Positions 33,592-43,712 of a stretch of DNA of 64,000 nucleotides are shown piece after piece; positions within the stretch are counted from its first letter, which is position 1, and the number at the start of each line of letters is the position of its first letter. The translations under genes were made by a program, and so were the position numbers. Source of the DNA: Candidatus Latescibacterota bacterium. GTDB lineage: Bacteria; Latescibacterota; UBA2968. The notes beneath the pieces were generated by a model. That model was not told where the DNA came from. It did not search any database and worked only from the letters and a program-made list of their open reading frames with translations. The stretch spans positions 1,344,001-1,408,000 of the forward strand of contig OZ240241.1 of the NCBI GenBank assembly GCA_965198115.1, written 5' to 3'.

Positions 33592-35011
33592 GGCTATATC
33601 CGGATCTCTCAACGAGATGAAGTGGGTGAAGGTGCCGTGGTTCCTGGCATGGGGGCGCGGTTAGAGTGTGCGGAACCTCTTCGGAATCTGCTCAGGGATG
33701 TTTATGTCTCCGACGGTAAGGAAGATCATATCGTTGAATGCGTCGAGTGTGCGGAATCCGCTGGCTCGGTTCTTGACGATTTGGACGATTCGGTTGAGGC
33801 CTTCGGCGATGGCGTTGGTAAGACGCGTGTTCACGAATGCGAGGACGCCGAAGAAGTGCTGTCGCAGGGTCCTGACGAACTTTCGCAGGGGTTCACGTCG
33901 ACTTCTGAGTGCGGACGTCGTCCAGCATTTCAGGAAGCGTTCGGCAGCCCAGGGCGCTTTGTATTCCCAGAACTGCTCGAACTCGTCCTTGAGTCTCCAG
34001 GCTCTATAGATTCGGTAGTTCGCCTCCTCCAGTGCTTTGAGTGTCCGAGTATCCCCTCTGGAGCGTGTCGCTGAGTGCCGGTAGAGGAGCCATCGGAGGC
34101 CCTTCATGGCTTTGCGCTCATCCGGGGCAGCTTTACGCCACTGGTCCTTACGGACCTCGTCAACGGCGGCATTGAGAGCCTTGACGATGTGAAAGCGATC
34201 GAGGACCAGCTTGGCATTCGGACAGTGTTCCTGGATGGCTCCGATGTAAGCTTCGCTCATGTCGCAGCAGGCCCACTCGATCTTGGATCTCCGGTAGGGA
34301 CTGAGAGCCTCTGTGAAGAACCGATCGATCGTTTTACGCGCCCTGCCGCGGCCAACCCACACCACGCAGGAGCGGTCCAGATCGTAAACGAGCGTGGCGT
34401 ACCTGTGACGCTTGGCGTAGGAGATCTCGTCGATCCCGATGGTTTTGAGCCCTCGGATACGATGACCTTCACGAAGCCGCGTGATGGATCGGTGAAGGAG
34501 ATCCGACAGCGTCGAGGCAGAGATGCGCAGTAACTCGGACGCCGCCTTCTGCGTCATGGTCTGGCAGTAGCGCAGCATGGCATACTCGAAGCGATACGTC
34601 ACCCGAGAGAACCGCTCCGCCCACGGAATCTCCTCGACCACACGACCGTGGGTAGGACACCGAATCTCCCGAGGATGGTAGAGAAGCCAGACCCTCCACC
34701 CGCACACCGGAATGTCACGCCACCGACGCGGATGGGGCATTGTGCGGACGATTTTACCTCGACGGCCGCACTCCGGACAACAACAACCATTCTTATGTGG
34801 CTTTACGGCGATGACGAAACAGCTTCTCCCCTCAAACCACCAGCTGACAACACGGAACCCCTTGAATCTCAGCAGTTTCGATAGTAATCTGCTCCCGGTC
34901 ATAGGTCGCACCCCCTTCGCTTTGATTGTCCTACACACACAACCAAGCGTAGGGAACGATCTATGACCTTGTCATTCTATAGTTTCACCGTTGAGAAACC
35001 CGGATAGAGCC
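33592..35011 (-). mobile_element. ISL3-family element (1420 bp)
   Basis: IRs GGCTCTATCCGGGTTTCTCAAC / GGCTATATCCGGATCTCTCAAC; flanked by ATTTTT on both sides. Confidence 0.95.
33661..34902 (-). CDS. ISL3-family transposase
   Basis: CPECG zinc finger, IGIDE, CCDMS, DRFH, TNAIAEGLN, ASGFR. Confidence 0.93.
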   Translation of the reverse strand: MTGSRLLSKLLRFKGFRVVSWWFEGRSCFVIAVKPHKNGCCCPECGRRGKIVRTMPHPRRWRDIPVCGWRVWLLYHPREIRCPTHGRVVEEIPWAERFSRVTYRFEYAMLRYCQTMTQKAASELLRISASTLSDLLHRSITRLREGHRIRGLKTIGIDEISYAKRHRYATLVYDLDRSCVVWVGRGRARKTIDRFFTEALSPYRRSKIEWACCDMSEAYIGAIQEHCPNAKLVLDRFHIVKALNAAVDEVRKDQWRKAAPDERKAMKGLRWLLYRHSATRSRGDTRTLKALEEANYRIYRAWRLKDEFEQFWEYKAPWAAERFLKCWTTSALRSRREPLRKFVRTLRQHFFGVLAFVNTRLTNAIAEGLNRIVQIVKNRASGFRTLDAFNDMIFLTVGDINIPEQIPKRFRTL

Positions 35012-35101
35012 ATTTTTTTGGCCACGTCTCTTCCTCCAGAGTCGCAAAAGGCCCGATGACACGCGTCACCGGGCCTCCGTGATGGTGCTTTCTATAGCTT
35101 T

Positions 35102-35914
35102 CTACGCTGAAACAGTGACCCCATCGACATGTTCTTCGAAGAGGTCCACGTTCTTCCGAATCATTTCGGGATCGTCCTTCGTGAACATGCCTACGTGCGC
35201 CACATCACCCGCTCGCATGTTGTCCCGCATGTATTCGAAGCCCTTCAGGATCGGCCGGTTACCCGCGGCAAACACCTTGTAGTGAACGACCGGCGTCGGC
35301 ACTGTGGCGATCACCTCGAGCATGGCTTCCCGATCGATATCTTCCCACTTTTCGCCTTTGTCGGTGTGATGCGGGGATAGGGAGCGATCCGTTGGGTTGT
35401 AGTAACTGCACATCTGGAAATCCACGTCCAGATGATCCCGGATCCAGGCGTGCGCGCCGAACATGTGTCCCGCGTATCCAGCAGCAATGTCGCCCTCGCG
35501 CATCAGGTCGAGGGACTCTTCGAACATGCCCCACTGTTCGGTCGCGAACCAGTTGTCGACAATCCCCCCGTGGATGTAAGCGCCGTTGCAACCCAGGTCG
35601 ATTGCCCCCTGAAGCCACCTGCGCCACGCCTCCGGATCGTCCCGCTCCCTGCAGATCTGAGCGAACCACTGGATCTTCCCGCCCTCGTCCCAGTACTCTC
35701 GCAAAATGCCGAAAATGTGGTCGTCCGTACGCCCGAAGAACGTGTTGATCCCTGCTTCTTCTGCCTCGTGAAGCGTTTCCTTGATCTTCTCCGGCGTGAA
35801 GAAGTCCAGCATTTCCCGGCTGCGTTCCTTCGTCTGATGGGCAAAACCGCTGAACGGATTGCCTCCGATACAGAGCCCGGATACCTGGACACCACCGATC
35901 GGGACGATTCTCAT
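35102..35914 (-). CDS. Aldo/keto reductase-like TIM-barrel protein
   Basis: VSGLCIGGNPFSG, EAGINT, YIHGG, YKVFAAG. Confidence 0.65.
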   Translation of the reverse strand: MRIVPIGGVQVSGLCIGGNPFSGFAHQTKERSREMLDFFTPEKIKETLHEAEEAGINTFFGRTDDHIFGILREYWDEGGKIQWFAQICRERDDPEAWRRWLQGAIDLGCNGAYIHGGIVDNWFATEQWGMFEESLDLMREGDIAAGYAGHMFGAHAWIRDHLDVDFQMCSYYNPTDRSLSPHHTDKGEKWEDIDREAMLEVIATVPTPVVHYKVFAAGNRPILKGFEYMRDNMRAGDVAHVGMFTKDDPEMIRKNVDLFEEHVDGVTVSA

Positions 35915-36419
35915 GGTCTCTCCTTGGACGAGTCAGGGCCTGACTTCACTCTCGCCATCCAACTGAAGGAATATAGGCACAGAACGGTCGACGCACACCG
36001 ATGCTGGCGCCCCTCGCTAGCTGAGCGAAGGTCCAACTACGGAAAGCCCGTCGGCGTTGTGCAGAGCACGAGGGCGAGTGTGGCGCATTTACATTTTTGG
36101 AAAAACAACGCATTGCGCTCGTCCCTATGCTGTACACAGGGACGTATAGCTGTACGGCGCGATCAGATGCCCGCTACGCCAAGAAATACGCAGGCTCCAT
36201 ATCCGCCCACCACTCGCCCTCTTCCCGATCCTCCAGCGGTTTCTGACACGGCTCGCAATGCGTCCACCATTCCTGTGTCTTCGGATCTGCCGCCATCTTC
36301 GCGTTGTCGGCGTCGATGTCGTCGCCCGTGTACTCGAAAAACATGAACAGGTAGTGATTTCCGTCTGGCAACTTGCGGAGAAAGATGTTGAAGTTCTCCA
36401 TGTTGCACTGCTTGATCAT

Positions 36420-37793
36420 GAGCTCAGGTCAATAGGTGTGTAAAAGAAATCAGGCGGCCATCTTCCCGGCTTCGACCTGCGGTCCGGTTGAGTGTTTCTG
36501 ATCGTAGACTTGTTGTAGCAAGTGTGGCGCGGTGAGTTTCCTGAATCGGCTCTCTGCGACCTTGAGCGTACGCCAGATGAGAGTCGTGGCGTTCCTGACT
36601 TTCTTGAATCGCCTGGCGGCGTTTGTGCGAAGCCGAACGGAAGCAAAGGGGCTCTCGACGACGTTCGTGGTTCTCAGGTGTTTCCAGTGTTCCTTCGGGA
36701 AGTCGTAGAACGTGACCATCCGATCCCAGTCTCTTTCGAGCGTCTCCACGGCGGCAGGGAACTGTGAGCGATACCGTGCGGCAAAGCGTTTCCGGAGCTT
36801 CTCGGCCTCCTTTTTCGTGCCGGCATAGGGGATCTGGACGAGCAGTGCGCGGGCTTCAGCCTGTGCACGCTTGGCGACCTTGTCGAGCACGTTGAGGATC
36901 TTGTGGTTCCAGCACCGTTGTTGCCGGCTCTCTGGCCAGACCTGATCAACGGCCGCCCAGATGCCCATATTCCCGTCCGCGGCGATCAGGACAGGATGTT
37001 CGAGCCCGCGATCCCGGAGATCCCGGAGCACCGTGAGCCAGGATTCTGTAGACTCTCGATAACCGGGTTCTATCGCCAGGATTTCCTTGCTGCCGTCGCT
37101 CATCGCGCCGATCACGACCAGCAGACACGCCTTCTCGCGCTCGAGCCCGGCTTTGACGTAGATGCCATCAGCCCAGGCGTAGACCAGTTCGCGATTATCC
37201 AGACGCCTTTCTTTCCAGTCCTGGAAGTCGACCTCCCACTTCCCTCGAAGACGAGCGATCGAGGTCGGCGAAAGCGGCGCGCCATCACCGAGCAGCGCAC
37301 GCAAAGACAACTCGAAGTCGCCCTGGGAGAGACCGTGGAGATAAAGGTCGGGAAGCAGATCTCCAATGGCCCTGGTTCTCCGGGCGAACAGGGGGAGGAT
37401 GCGGCTTTCAAACCGCTCTTCCAGACCACGAACCCGGGGACGCCGGACCTTGATCGTTCCGCAGCTCGTCGAGAGACGCCGGGGCTTGCCGTAGCCGTTC
37501 CTGTAGCCCCTGGAGCTATCGACCTCGGCTCGGCGCTCATACCACGACCGGCCCAAGAACGCGGTCGCCTCCTCCTCCAGAATGGACTGGAACCGGCTCT
37601 GGATCTCTTCACGGATCCAATCGTCAACCGTCTCCCACGTCGGCATGGACTTCAATGGGGTTCTATGCGTATGTTCCTTCACGGCGATCCTCCTTCCCAA
37701 CCGGGCCTCTCACCCGGTTTTGTGTGAATCAACTATCTCACGGGAAGGGTAGGGTCGCCCTTTCTCTTTTTCCACACCTTTTGATTATAGCTC
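36420..37793 (-). mobile_element. IS256-family element A, copy 2 (1374 bp)
   Basis: Same IRs as copy 1; 9-bp target duplication CTTGATCAT. Confidence 0.95.
36450..37682 (-). CDS. IS256-family DDE transposase
   Basis: Differs from copy 1 at only two residues. Confidence 0.93.
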   Translation of the reverse strand: MKEHTHRTPLKSMPTWETVDDWIREEIQSRFQSILEEEATAFLGRSWYERRAEVDSSRGYRNGYGKPRRLSTSCGTIKVRRPRVRGLEERFESRILPLFARRTRAIGDLLPDLYLHGLSQGDFELSLRALLGDGAPLSPTSIARLRGKWEVDFQDWKERRLDNRELVYAWADGIYVKAGLEREKACLLVVIGAMSDGSKEILAIEPGYRESTESWLTVLRDLRDRGLEHPVLIAADGNMGIWAAVDQVWPESRQQRCWNHKILNVLDKVAKRAQAEARALLVQIPYAGTKKEAEKLRKRFAARYRSQFPAAVETLERDWDRMVTFYDFPKEHWKHLRTTNVVESPFASVRLRTNAARRFKKVRNATTLIWRTLKVAESRFRKLTAPHLLQQVYDQKHSTGPQVEAGKMAA

Positions 37794-37984
37794 CTTGATC
37801 ATCGACTCCACTTCGGGCCAGACATTCCGATGCAACTCCATATACTCATCCAACTTCTCTTCCCGGACCCCTATAACCTTTCCATATCGTTTTCGATCCG
37901 CCATTCCAAGACCTCAGATCTCAGACTGTCACCCGGACCCCGCCCCAAGTTACTCCTCGTTACTTACTTACCGGCCTTCAGCTC

Positions 37985-38653
37985 CTACGACGCATCGTCC
38001 GATTCCGCCAGGCCATCGGTCTGGTCGTCCTTGAACTCGATGCTCCAGTGCGACCCATCGCAAAAGGGTTTATTCTTGGACGCCCCACACCGGCAGAGGG
38101 CATAGTGCTCCCGCGAGGCCCCCTCACCCCACTCGACCTCGAGCAGCTCGACGCCACCGACGACCTCGTACGGACCGTCTTTCGAAACGGTGATCGCCGG
38201 CGACCGATCCTGGTCCTGATGTAACACACCGTCGACCGTATAACTGAGGGCGCCGGACGGACACTGCCGGATCGTATTGATCGAGGCGGCGGCTTCGTCG
38301 CCATCTGGGTCGATCCACGGTTCGGTTTTCATTCGCCAGACGTGAGGCAAACCCTCCGTGCAGGCCCCCGCGTGCGAGCAGATTCCCCGGTTGTCGTGGA
38401 TGGTGATCCCTTTTCCCACGTAGTCGTCTACCTGATCTGGGGACCGATCGTCCAGTTTCTCGTCGGAAAAGCCATTGGACGCGTGGGTGCCGTCGCAAAA
38501 CGGCTTGGTCTCTGATCCGCCACAGCGACACAGCGCAATCACTGGCTTCGTCGGAATGGCACCACCTTTGGAGTTGCGTAGATCCTCCAGTCCCTTGACC
38601 AGGAGGGGTGCGTCTTTCGCGAGTTCGATCGTAGGCTTGTCCGCCATCTGCAT
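37985..38653 (-). CDS. CDGSH iron-sulfur domain protein with central 4Fe-4S-type domain
   Basis: LCRCGGS..KPFCDGTH, CSHAGAC...CPSGAL, LCRCGASKNKPFCDGSH. Confidence 0.92.
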   Translation of the reverse strand: MQMADKPTIELAKDAPLLVKGLEDLRNSKGGAIPTKPVIALCRCGGSETKPFCDGTHASNGFSDEKLDDRSPDQVDDYVGKGITIHDNRGICSHAGACTEGLPHVWRMKTEPWIDPDGDEAAASINTIRQCPSGALSYTVDGVLHQDQDRSPAITVSKDGPYEVVGGVELLEVEWGEGASREHYALCRCGASKNKPFCDGSHWSIEFKDDQTDGLAESDDAS

Positions 38654-38876
38654 CTCCTTTGACGACTATGGTCCCGACTTTTGAAGTTGCTCTGCCTTTT
38701 CTGAGCCAATACTCTACCGAATGTCATCGATGTGGCGTAGCGATAGCCGTGGAGATCCGCCGAGTCACATCCCCGAATAGGGCCTCGATCCCAGGGCTGC
38801 TACCCATTCGTGTCCATTCGTGTTCATTTGCCTGCCCTGAGTAGCCACGAGAGTGGCGTATCGAAGGGTGGTTGCT

Positions 38877-39887
38877 CTACAGCTCGCTGAGCTCTACTCG
38901 CCGGCCTTCCTTCGCACTTTTTACTGCACCGAACACCATCGCCATTGACTTCAAATTGTCCGTCGCATTGCATTCTGGCTCACGGTCCTCATCCAATGCG
39001 GTCAGAAATTCACACAACACGGGGTTCAGATCCCCCGTTGTCGGTTCGTCCAAATCGATCTGCTCCCTGACTTGAGGGTCGGCTTTATGTCGCTTCGTGC
39101 AGAAGAGATCGAAGCCCTCCCAAGTCAACGTACCTTCGGGCCCCTCGTATCGCCACTCTCCGTTGTGACCGGCCGGCACGTGTCCGATCGTGCAGCCGAT
39201 TCCCCGATGGGTCGCTACGACGCCGTTCTCGAACTCGAAGTGAATCAGCTGACACGCATCTCCCTCGTGCCAGCCCCACGGCAGATTCCAGGTGATGGCC
39301 TGAACACTGACCGGCTCGCAATCGAGCGTGTAGCGCATCATGTCGAAGTGATGGATGCCCATGTCCGTCAGAAACATGAACGGCTCGGTCACGTAATGGC
39401 TTCCCGGATTGTCCGCCCAATCAACGTAGAGGGAGACATCCAGCTGCGCGACATCTCCGACACGTGACTCCGACAACAACCGCCGTGTCGTTCGGGGCAG
39501 GGGGTTAAACCTGTAGTTCTGAGTGATCATGTGAATAACACCGGCAGCCTTCCCCGCCTCCACGACGCGCTTCGCAGCCTCGTAGTCGTCGCTCAGCGGC
39601 TTCTCCCCCAACACGTGGAGCCCTGTATCGAATGCAGCCATCGCGATTGTTTCGTGAACGGACGGCGGCGTCACGTCGACGACGAAGTCCGCATCCGTTG
39701 CGGAGGCAGCGGCCGAAACGCCGCCGTGAATCGCGTCGGCAGCAACATCCCATTCCTCCACCGCACGCTTGATCGAAGCGTCTGCCATCTCCACGTATCC
39801 CACGAGCTCCACGTCGGGATGCTCGCGACAGTTGGCCAACCAGTGCCGGGATCGTCCGCCCAATCCCACAAGAATCGCTTTTTTCAC
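38877..39887 (-). CDS. Gfo/Idh/MocA family oxidoreductase
   Basis: LVGLGG, TPP..H, HVLGEKP, QNYR, DMGIHHFD. Confidence 0.9.
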   Translation of the reverse strand: MKKAILVGLGGRSRHWLANCREHPDVELVGYVEMADASIKRAVEEWDVAADAIHGGVSAAASATDADFVVDVTPPSVHETIAMAAFDTGLHVLGEKPLSDDYEAAKRVVEAGKAAGVIHMITQNYRFNPLPRTTRRLLSESRVGDVAQLDVSLYVDWADNPGSHYVTEPFMFLTDMGIHHFDMMRYTLDCEPVSVQAITWNLPWGWHEGDACQLIHFEFENGVVATHRGIGCTIGHVPAGHNGEWRYEGPEGTLTWEGFDLFCTKRHKADPQVREQIDLDEPTTGDLNPVLCEFLTALDEDREPECNATDNLKSMAMVFGAVKSAKEGRRVELSEL

Positions 39888-39964
39888 AAGCTCGCCCTTA
39901 TGTAATCGTAGTTCGTTGATGCCCGCCGATGAATCAACCACCCTCATCTTCTGCAAGCAAATAA

Positions 39965-39998
39965 AAATGGCCGCTCCCGATCGTGAGAGCGGCCATTT
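39965..39998 (-). terminator. Rho-independent terminator after the PhyH array
   Basis: AAATGGCCGCTC-loop-GAGCGGCCATTT with a T-run on the minus strand. Confidence 0.7.
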
Positions 39999-40015
39999 AC
40001 ATTCCTCTACTCCAC

Positions 40016-40692
40016 TCACGACAGCGTCACGACATCCTGCTTCACGATCTCCTTCTCCTCCTGATATCCTGCCTTCGAGATCAGCTCGAGGGTCTCGGGC
40101 GACAACCGATCCTTGATTTCATCGGGGAAGGACTCACTCCCCTGCCACTGGAGATGGTAACGCAACACGAGGATCATTCGATTCCGATCTTTCGGCGTCC
40201 ACGGCAGAACGCCGTGCGTCAGCGCCTCGGTGATGATGACCAGGTCACCCGCCTTCGGTGTGATGTTCACGACGCCAGAGGGCAAATCCGATCCATCCTC
40301 GACCATTCCCTCGTTGAAAAGACTGGGTGGACGCTCGAACATCGACTTGTGGGACCCGGGAACGGCCAGGAGGCCACCATCGCCCGGATGCACGTCCGTC
40401 AGATACGGAAAGACGACGATGTGATCGCTGAACACACGGCTGTCGCGTACTTCATACTGAACGGAGTCCCAGTCGTCCTTGGCGCAATGCAGACGCTGCG
40501 CCATGTCGAGCGTATCCGGAAGATTCACTTGAAGCGTGCCACTCGACAGCCTGGGTCGCCCCTTCGTCAACTCCTTCACGACCGGCCAGGCTGCCGGATG
40601 CATCGTCAGCCGCTCGAGCGTCTTGTCGAACGCGAAGCCGTGCAAATGACGCTTTTCCAGGATCTCGAATCCGGGTGGCAGGTCCTCGGGAT
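40016..40692 (-). pseudogene. PhyH-like Fe(II)/2OG oxygenase, 5' end deleted
   Basis: HPAAWP, LHCA, YLTDVHPGDGGL..VPGSHK, KAGD...EALTHG.LPW; abuts a truncated IS256 transposase. Confidence 0.82.
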
Positions 40693-41512
40693 CGGGAAGA
40701 CGGCTTCAATCGCTTCAGGGAAGCCGTTGAGCCCATCTACACAGGCCAGGAAGATATCGTTGACGCCACGGTTCTGGAGCTCGGTCAGGACCGACATCCA
40801 GAACTTCGCGCCTTCGTTCTGAGCCGTCCAAAGGCCTAAGAGCTCTTTGTTTCCTGATAGATTAACGCCCAACGCAAGGTAGACGGCCTTGTTCGTGACG
40901 CTTCCATCGTCTCGAATCTTGACGCGGATCGCGTCCAGATAGACGATCGGATAGATGGTGTCCAGAGGTCTGGACTGCCAGGCCTTGACCTCCTCGATGA
41001 CATCATCAGTCACACTGGAGAGCAGCGAGGGAGAGACATCGACCCCGTAGAGCTCCTTCAGGTGCTCCTGAATCGCTCGAGTCGTCATCCCACGGGAATA
41101 CAGCGAGATGATCGTGTCATCAAACCTGTCGAACCGTCTCTGGCGCTTTCTGACGATCTGGGGCTCGAACTCACCATTGCGGTCCCGAGGCACTTCGATC
41201 GGGATCGCACCACGGTCGGTCTTCAGTGTCTTCGGAGTCTTGCCGTTGCGGGAGTTACCACTGTTCTTACCGTCAGAATCGTGCTTCTCGTAGCCCAGGT
41301 GGTCGGTTATCTCGCTTTCGAGCATCCGCTCCACCAGCCCGGCAGTCAGTTGCTTCAGCAGACCTTTCTCGCCCAGTAGGTCATCGGGACCGTCACAGTT
41401 CTTGATCAGCTCATCGAGGAGACGATCGACTTCAGCATTCCTGGCCATAGAACCTCCTGTTTCTTCACTATAGGATTCTATCACCAGTTACACGGTTAAT
41501 CTTACACACTCC
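40693..41512 (-). mobile_element. IS256-family element C, left end and truncated transposase (ATG at 41448)
   Basis: End GGAGTGTGTAAGATT; [34 protein letters not shown]; stops at EAVFP. Confidence 0.88.
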
Positions 41513-41714
41513 GATGACGAAGCAGCTTCTCCCCTCAAACCACCAGCTGACAACACGGACCCCCTTGAATCTCAGCAGTTTCGATAGTAATCTGCTCCCG
41601 GTCATAGGTCGCACCCCCTTCGCTTTGATTGTCCTACACACACAACCAAGCGTAGGGAACGATCTATGACCTTGTCATTCTATAGTTTCACCGTTGAGAA
41701 ACCCGGATAGAGCC
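41513..41714 (-). mobile_element. ISL3 left-end fragment (~200 bp)
   Basis: Matches the first ~200 bp of the complete ISL3 copies, including the left IR; cut by IS256-C. Confidence 0.9.
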
Positions 41715-42328
41715 ATAAAGAAGACCACGTCGCCCGCCTTGCATATCGGCTGATAGACCGCCCCCAGATCGTCCTCACGCCACCGAACGCCTTGGGGCAT
41801 CGTGTATTTGGACTTGTGGCTACCCGGAACGCATGAAAAACCCCCTGCACCCGGCGATTGGTCGGCCAGTTGCCAGGAAACCGTCACGCCACCGACCCAG
41901 TGGTTTTCACCGTTGTGATGGTACCCCACCCAGGGTTTATGAGGATCTCCGGAGCCGTGCATGCCGCCCCCGTCCATTCCCTTTACGTGCGAGATGATCT
42001 CCGGGCCGTGGTCCAGACGGAAGCCCCTCCCACACATCTCCAGCAGATGGGAAACGATCAAAGGATGCGCCAGCATCGCCCTGAACGGATCGCAATAGGG
42101 CTTTTCCATCTCCAGGAAGTGAGGATGCTGGTTGCTCGTGCGAACGACGATTCCATCCCGAATCGCCGCCCGCCCGGGGCGATCGCTCGCCTCCTGTTCC
42201 ATTTCGAGCACCTTTTGCGCGTAGAACTCGTAGGATTCGTTCGCCGCTTCAACCTGCGCCGGCGACAGAACCTGGCGGAGAACCAGGTAACCTGTCAGAT
42301 CCCAAAAATAGCGCTTTCGTGCGAACGT
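41715..42328 (-). pseudogene. PhyH-like Fe(II)/2OG oxygenase truncated by ISL3
   Basis: RYFWDLTGYL, FRLDHGP, MHGSG, CVPGSHKS, KAGDVVFFM | IS; the codon at the paralog start position after GGAGGGGG is ACG. Confidence 0.82.
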
Positions 42329-42348
42329 GACCCCCTCCGACGGCTTGC

Positions 42349-43557
42349 CTAGCGTCGTGCTTTCTTGGCTTTCTTTGCCGCCTTCTTCACTGCCCTCTTG
42401 ACCTTCTTTGCCGCCTTCTTCACGGCTCCTCTGGCCTTCTTCGCGGCCTTCTTGGCTGACCTCTTGGCTTTCTTGGCCGTCTTTTTTACGGTTGTAGCCG
42501 TCTTCTTCGCCGTTCTTTTCACTTTCTTGGCTGTTTTCTTTGCCGACCTCTTCGCCTTCCTGGCGGGTTTCTTCACCTTCTTTGCTTTTTTCGCTTTCTT
42601 GGCTGTTTTCTTTGCCGCTTTTTTCGCCTTTTTTGCCTTCTTCACTTTCTTCGCCCTCTTGGCCTTCTTCGCCGAAGCGCTCGCCGCACCCTCGATCCAG
42701 ACCCTGTCGCCATCGGAATCCAGGATCGGAAGTCGACCGCCGTGATGCACGCCAGGTCCGTAGAGAACGGCCTGCTGTTCCGGCGTCAGTTCATTCACCC
42801 ACTCGCCGTAGCGCTCCTGAGGCGTGAAGTGCTTGCCTACAGCACGTGCAGCGGCGCGAGATGCGTACTTGTAGAGGATGGAACGCCGGTCGTGATCGGC
42901 CGTCCACGGGAGCGTCCCGTGTGTCGCCGCTTCGGCGAAGAACAGCAGATCGCCCGCCTTCATTTCCACCTGCTCGACCAGACCCATGTCGTCTTCGTAG
43001 GTCCGAACTTCATTCGGCGTCGGCTCCGCGAGCTTATGACTTCCTGGAACGATCGCGAATCCACCGTCCCCCGGCCCGCAATCCGCCAGCTGCCACCCCA
43101 CCGTGATGCCACGACAGTAAATCTTGCCGTTCTGCTGGTGATACCACGTCGCCTGACTGAACGGCTCCCCCCCACCGTGGAATCGGTGGCCCTCGGACCC
43201 CTTCCTGGCCTGAATCATCATGGGGCCGTGGTCCAGGCGAAATCCCTTCCCGCTGAATTCATTCAAACGCGAGACGACGAATGGATGAACGAGCAGCTTG
43301 CGAAACGGCTCGCGGTAGTGCGGCTCCCACCCGAGCATGCCCGTCAATTCGGTTCGGCTCGACGATCCGGCCAATGACTTGGCACCGCGAGACAGACGAC
43401 CGGCTTCGAAATTTCTGGCCTGCGACATCTTGGCGTCGAGGGCGGCATTGAGTTCGCCGATTTCGCCCTGGCCGAGCACGCTGGGGATCACAAGGTAGCC
43501 GCGTAGATCGAAGAAGTACATCTCTTCGTCGGATACTCGGTGCACCTCGTAGTTCAT
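42349..43557 (-). CDS. PhyH-like Fe(II)/2OG oxygenase with C-terminal histone-H1-like Lys/Ala tail
   Basis: YFFDLRGY, FRLDHGP, FHGGG, IVPGSHK, AEAATHGTLPW, RRS, then ~110 aa of AKK/TAKK repeats; RBS AAGGAG. Confidence 0.9.
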   Translation of the reverse strand: MNYEVHRVSDEEMYFFDLRGYLVIPSVLGQGEIGELNAALDAKMSQARNFEAGRLSRGAKSLAGSSSRTELTGMLGWEPHYREPFRKLLVHPFVVSRLNEFSGKGFRLDHGPMMIQARKGSEGHRFHGGGEPFSQATWYHQQNGKIYCRGITVGWQLADCGPGDGGFAIVPGSHKLAEPTPNEVRTYEDDMGLVEQVEMKAGDLLFFAEAATHGTLPWTADHDRRSILYKYASRAAARAVGKHFTPQERYGEWVNELTPEQQAVLYGPGVHHGGRLPILDSDGDRVWIEGAASASAKKAKRAKKVKKAKKAKKAAKKTAKKAKKAKKVKKPARKAKRSAKKTAKKVKRTAKKTATTVKKTAKKAKRSAKKAAKKARGAVKKAAKKVKRAVKKAAKKAKKARR

Positions 43558-43614
43558 CTTATGCTCCTTCCGTGATTGTGATCCACGCCCTGTACGCGCG
43601 GAGTTCTTATGCAC

Positions 43615-43712
43615 TTATGCGGCTCGCTGTGCGCTCGTGGGATTCTCGAGCCGAACCGTACCGTCGTCTTCGACTGCCAGATACATATCTTCTCGATTGG
43701 GTGCCGAGCAAG
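43615..43712 (-). pseudogene. 3' remnant of another PhyH-like paralog
   Basis: PCSAPNREDMYLAVEDDGTVRL resembles the C-termini PSSSPQTDGPYLDLDEDGVVKV of 61698 and 62638; cut by IS256. Confidence 0.55.

Larger units (their letters stand above)
31640..35025 (-). pseudogene. Alkaline phosphatase superfamily / type I phosphodiesterase, interrupted by ISL3 and frameshifted
   Basis: Removing the IS restores GTG-AKKICAYGMDG...LPNF...PVWTPTNWATLSTG; ADHG and AHHG later; further frameshifts near 32600 and 31760. Confidence 0.85.
36174..37904 (-). pseudogene. rhaM: L-rhamnose mutarotase family protein interrupted by IS256
   Basis: MADRKRYGKVIG...EY.ELHRNVWPEV.SMIK | IS | MIKQCNMENFNIF...FEYTG...DPKTQEWW...WWADME. 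Confidence 0.85.

Noticed and set aside
40606-41484. 292-aa ORF as a complete transposase
   Set aside because: Similarity ends at EAVFP; the rest is an off-frame read of the truncated PhyH gene.
42365-42745. Phe/Ala-rich 126-aa plus-strand ORF as a membrane protein
   Set aside because: It is the antisense shadow of the Lys/Ala tail (AAG/GCC codons read as TTC/GCC).
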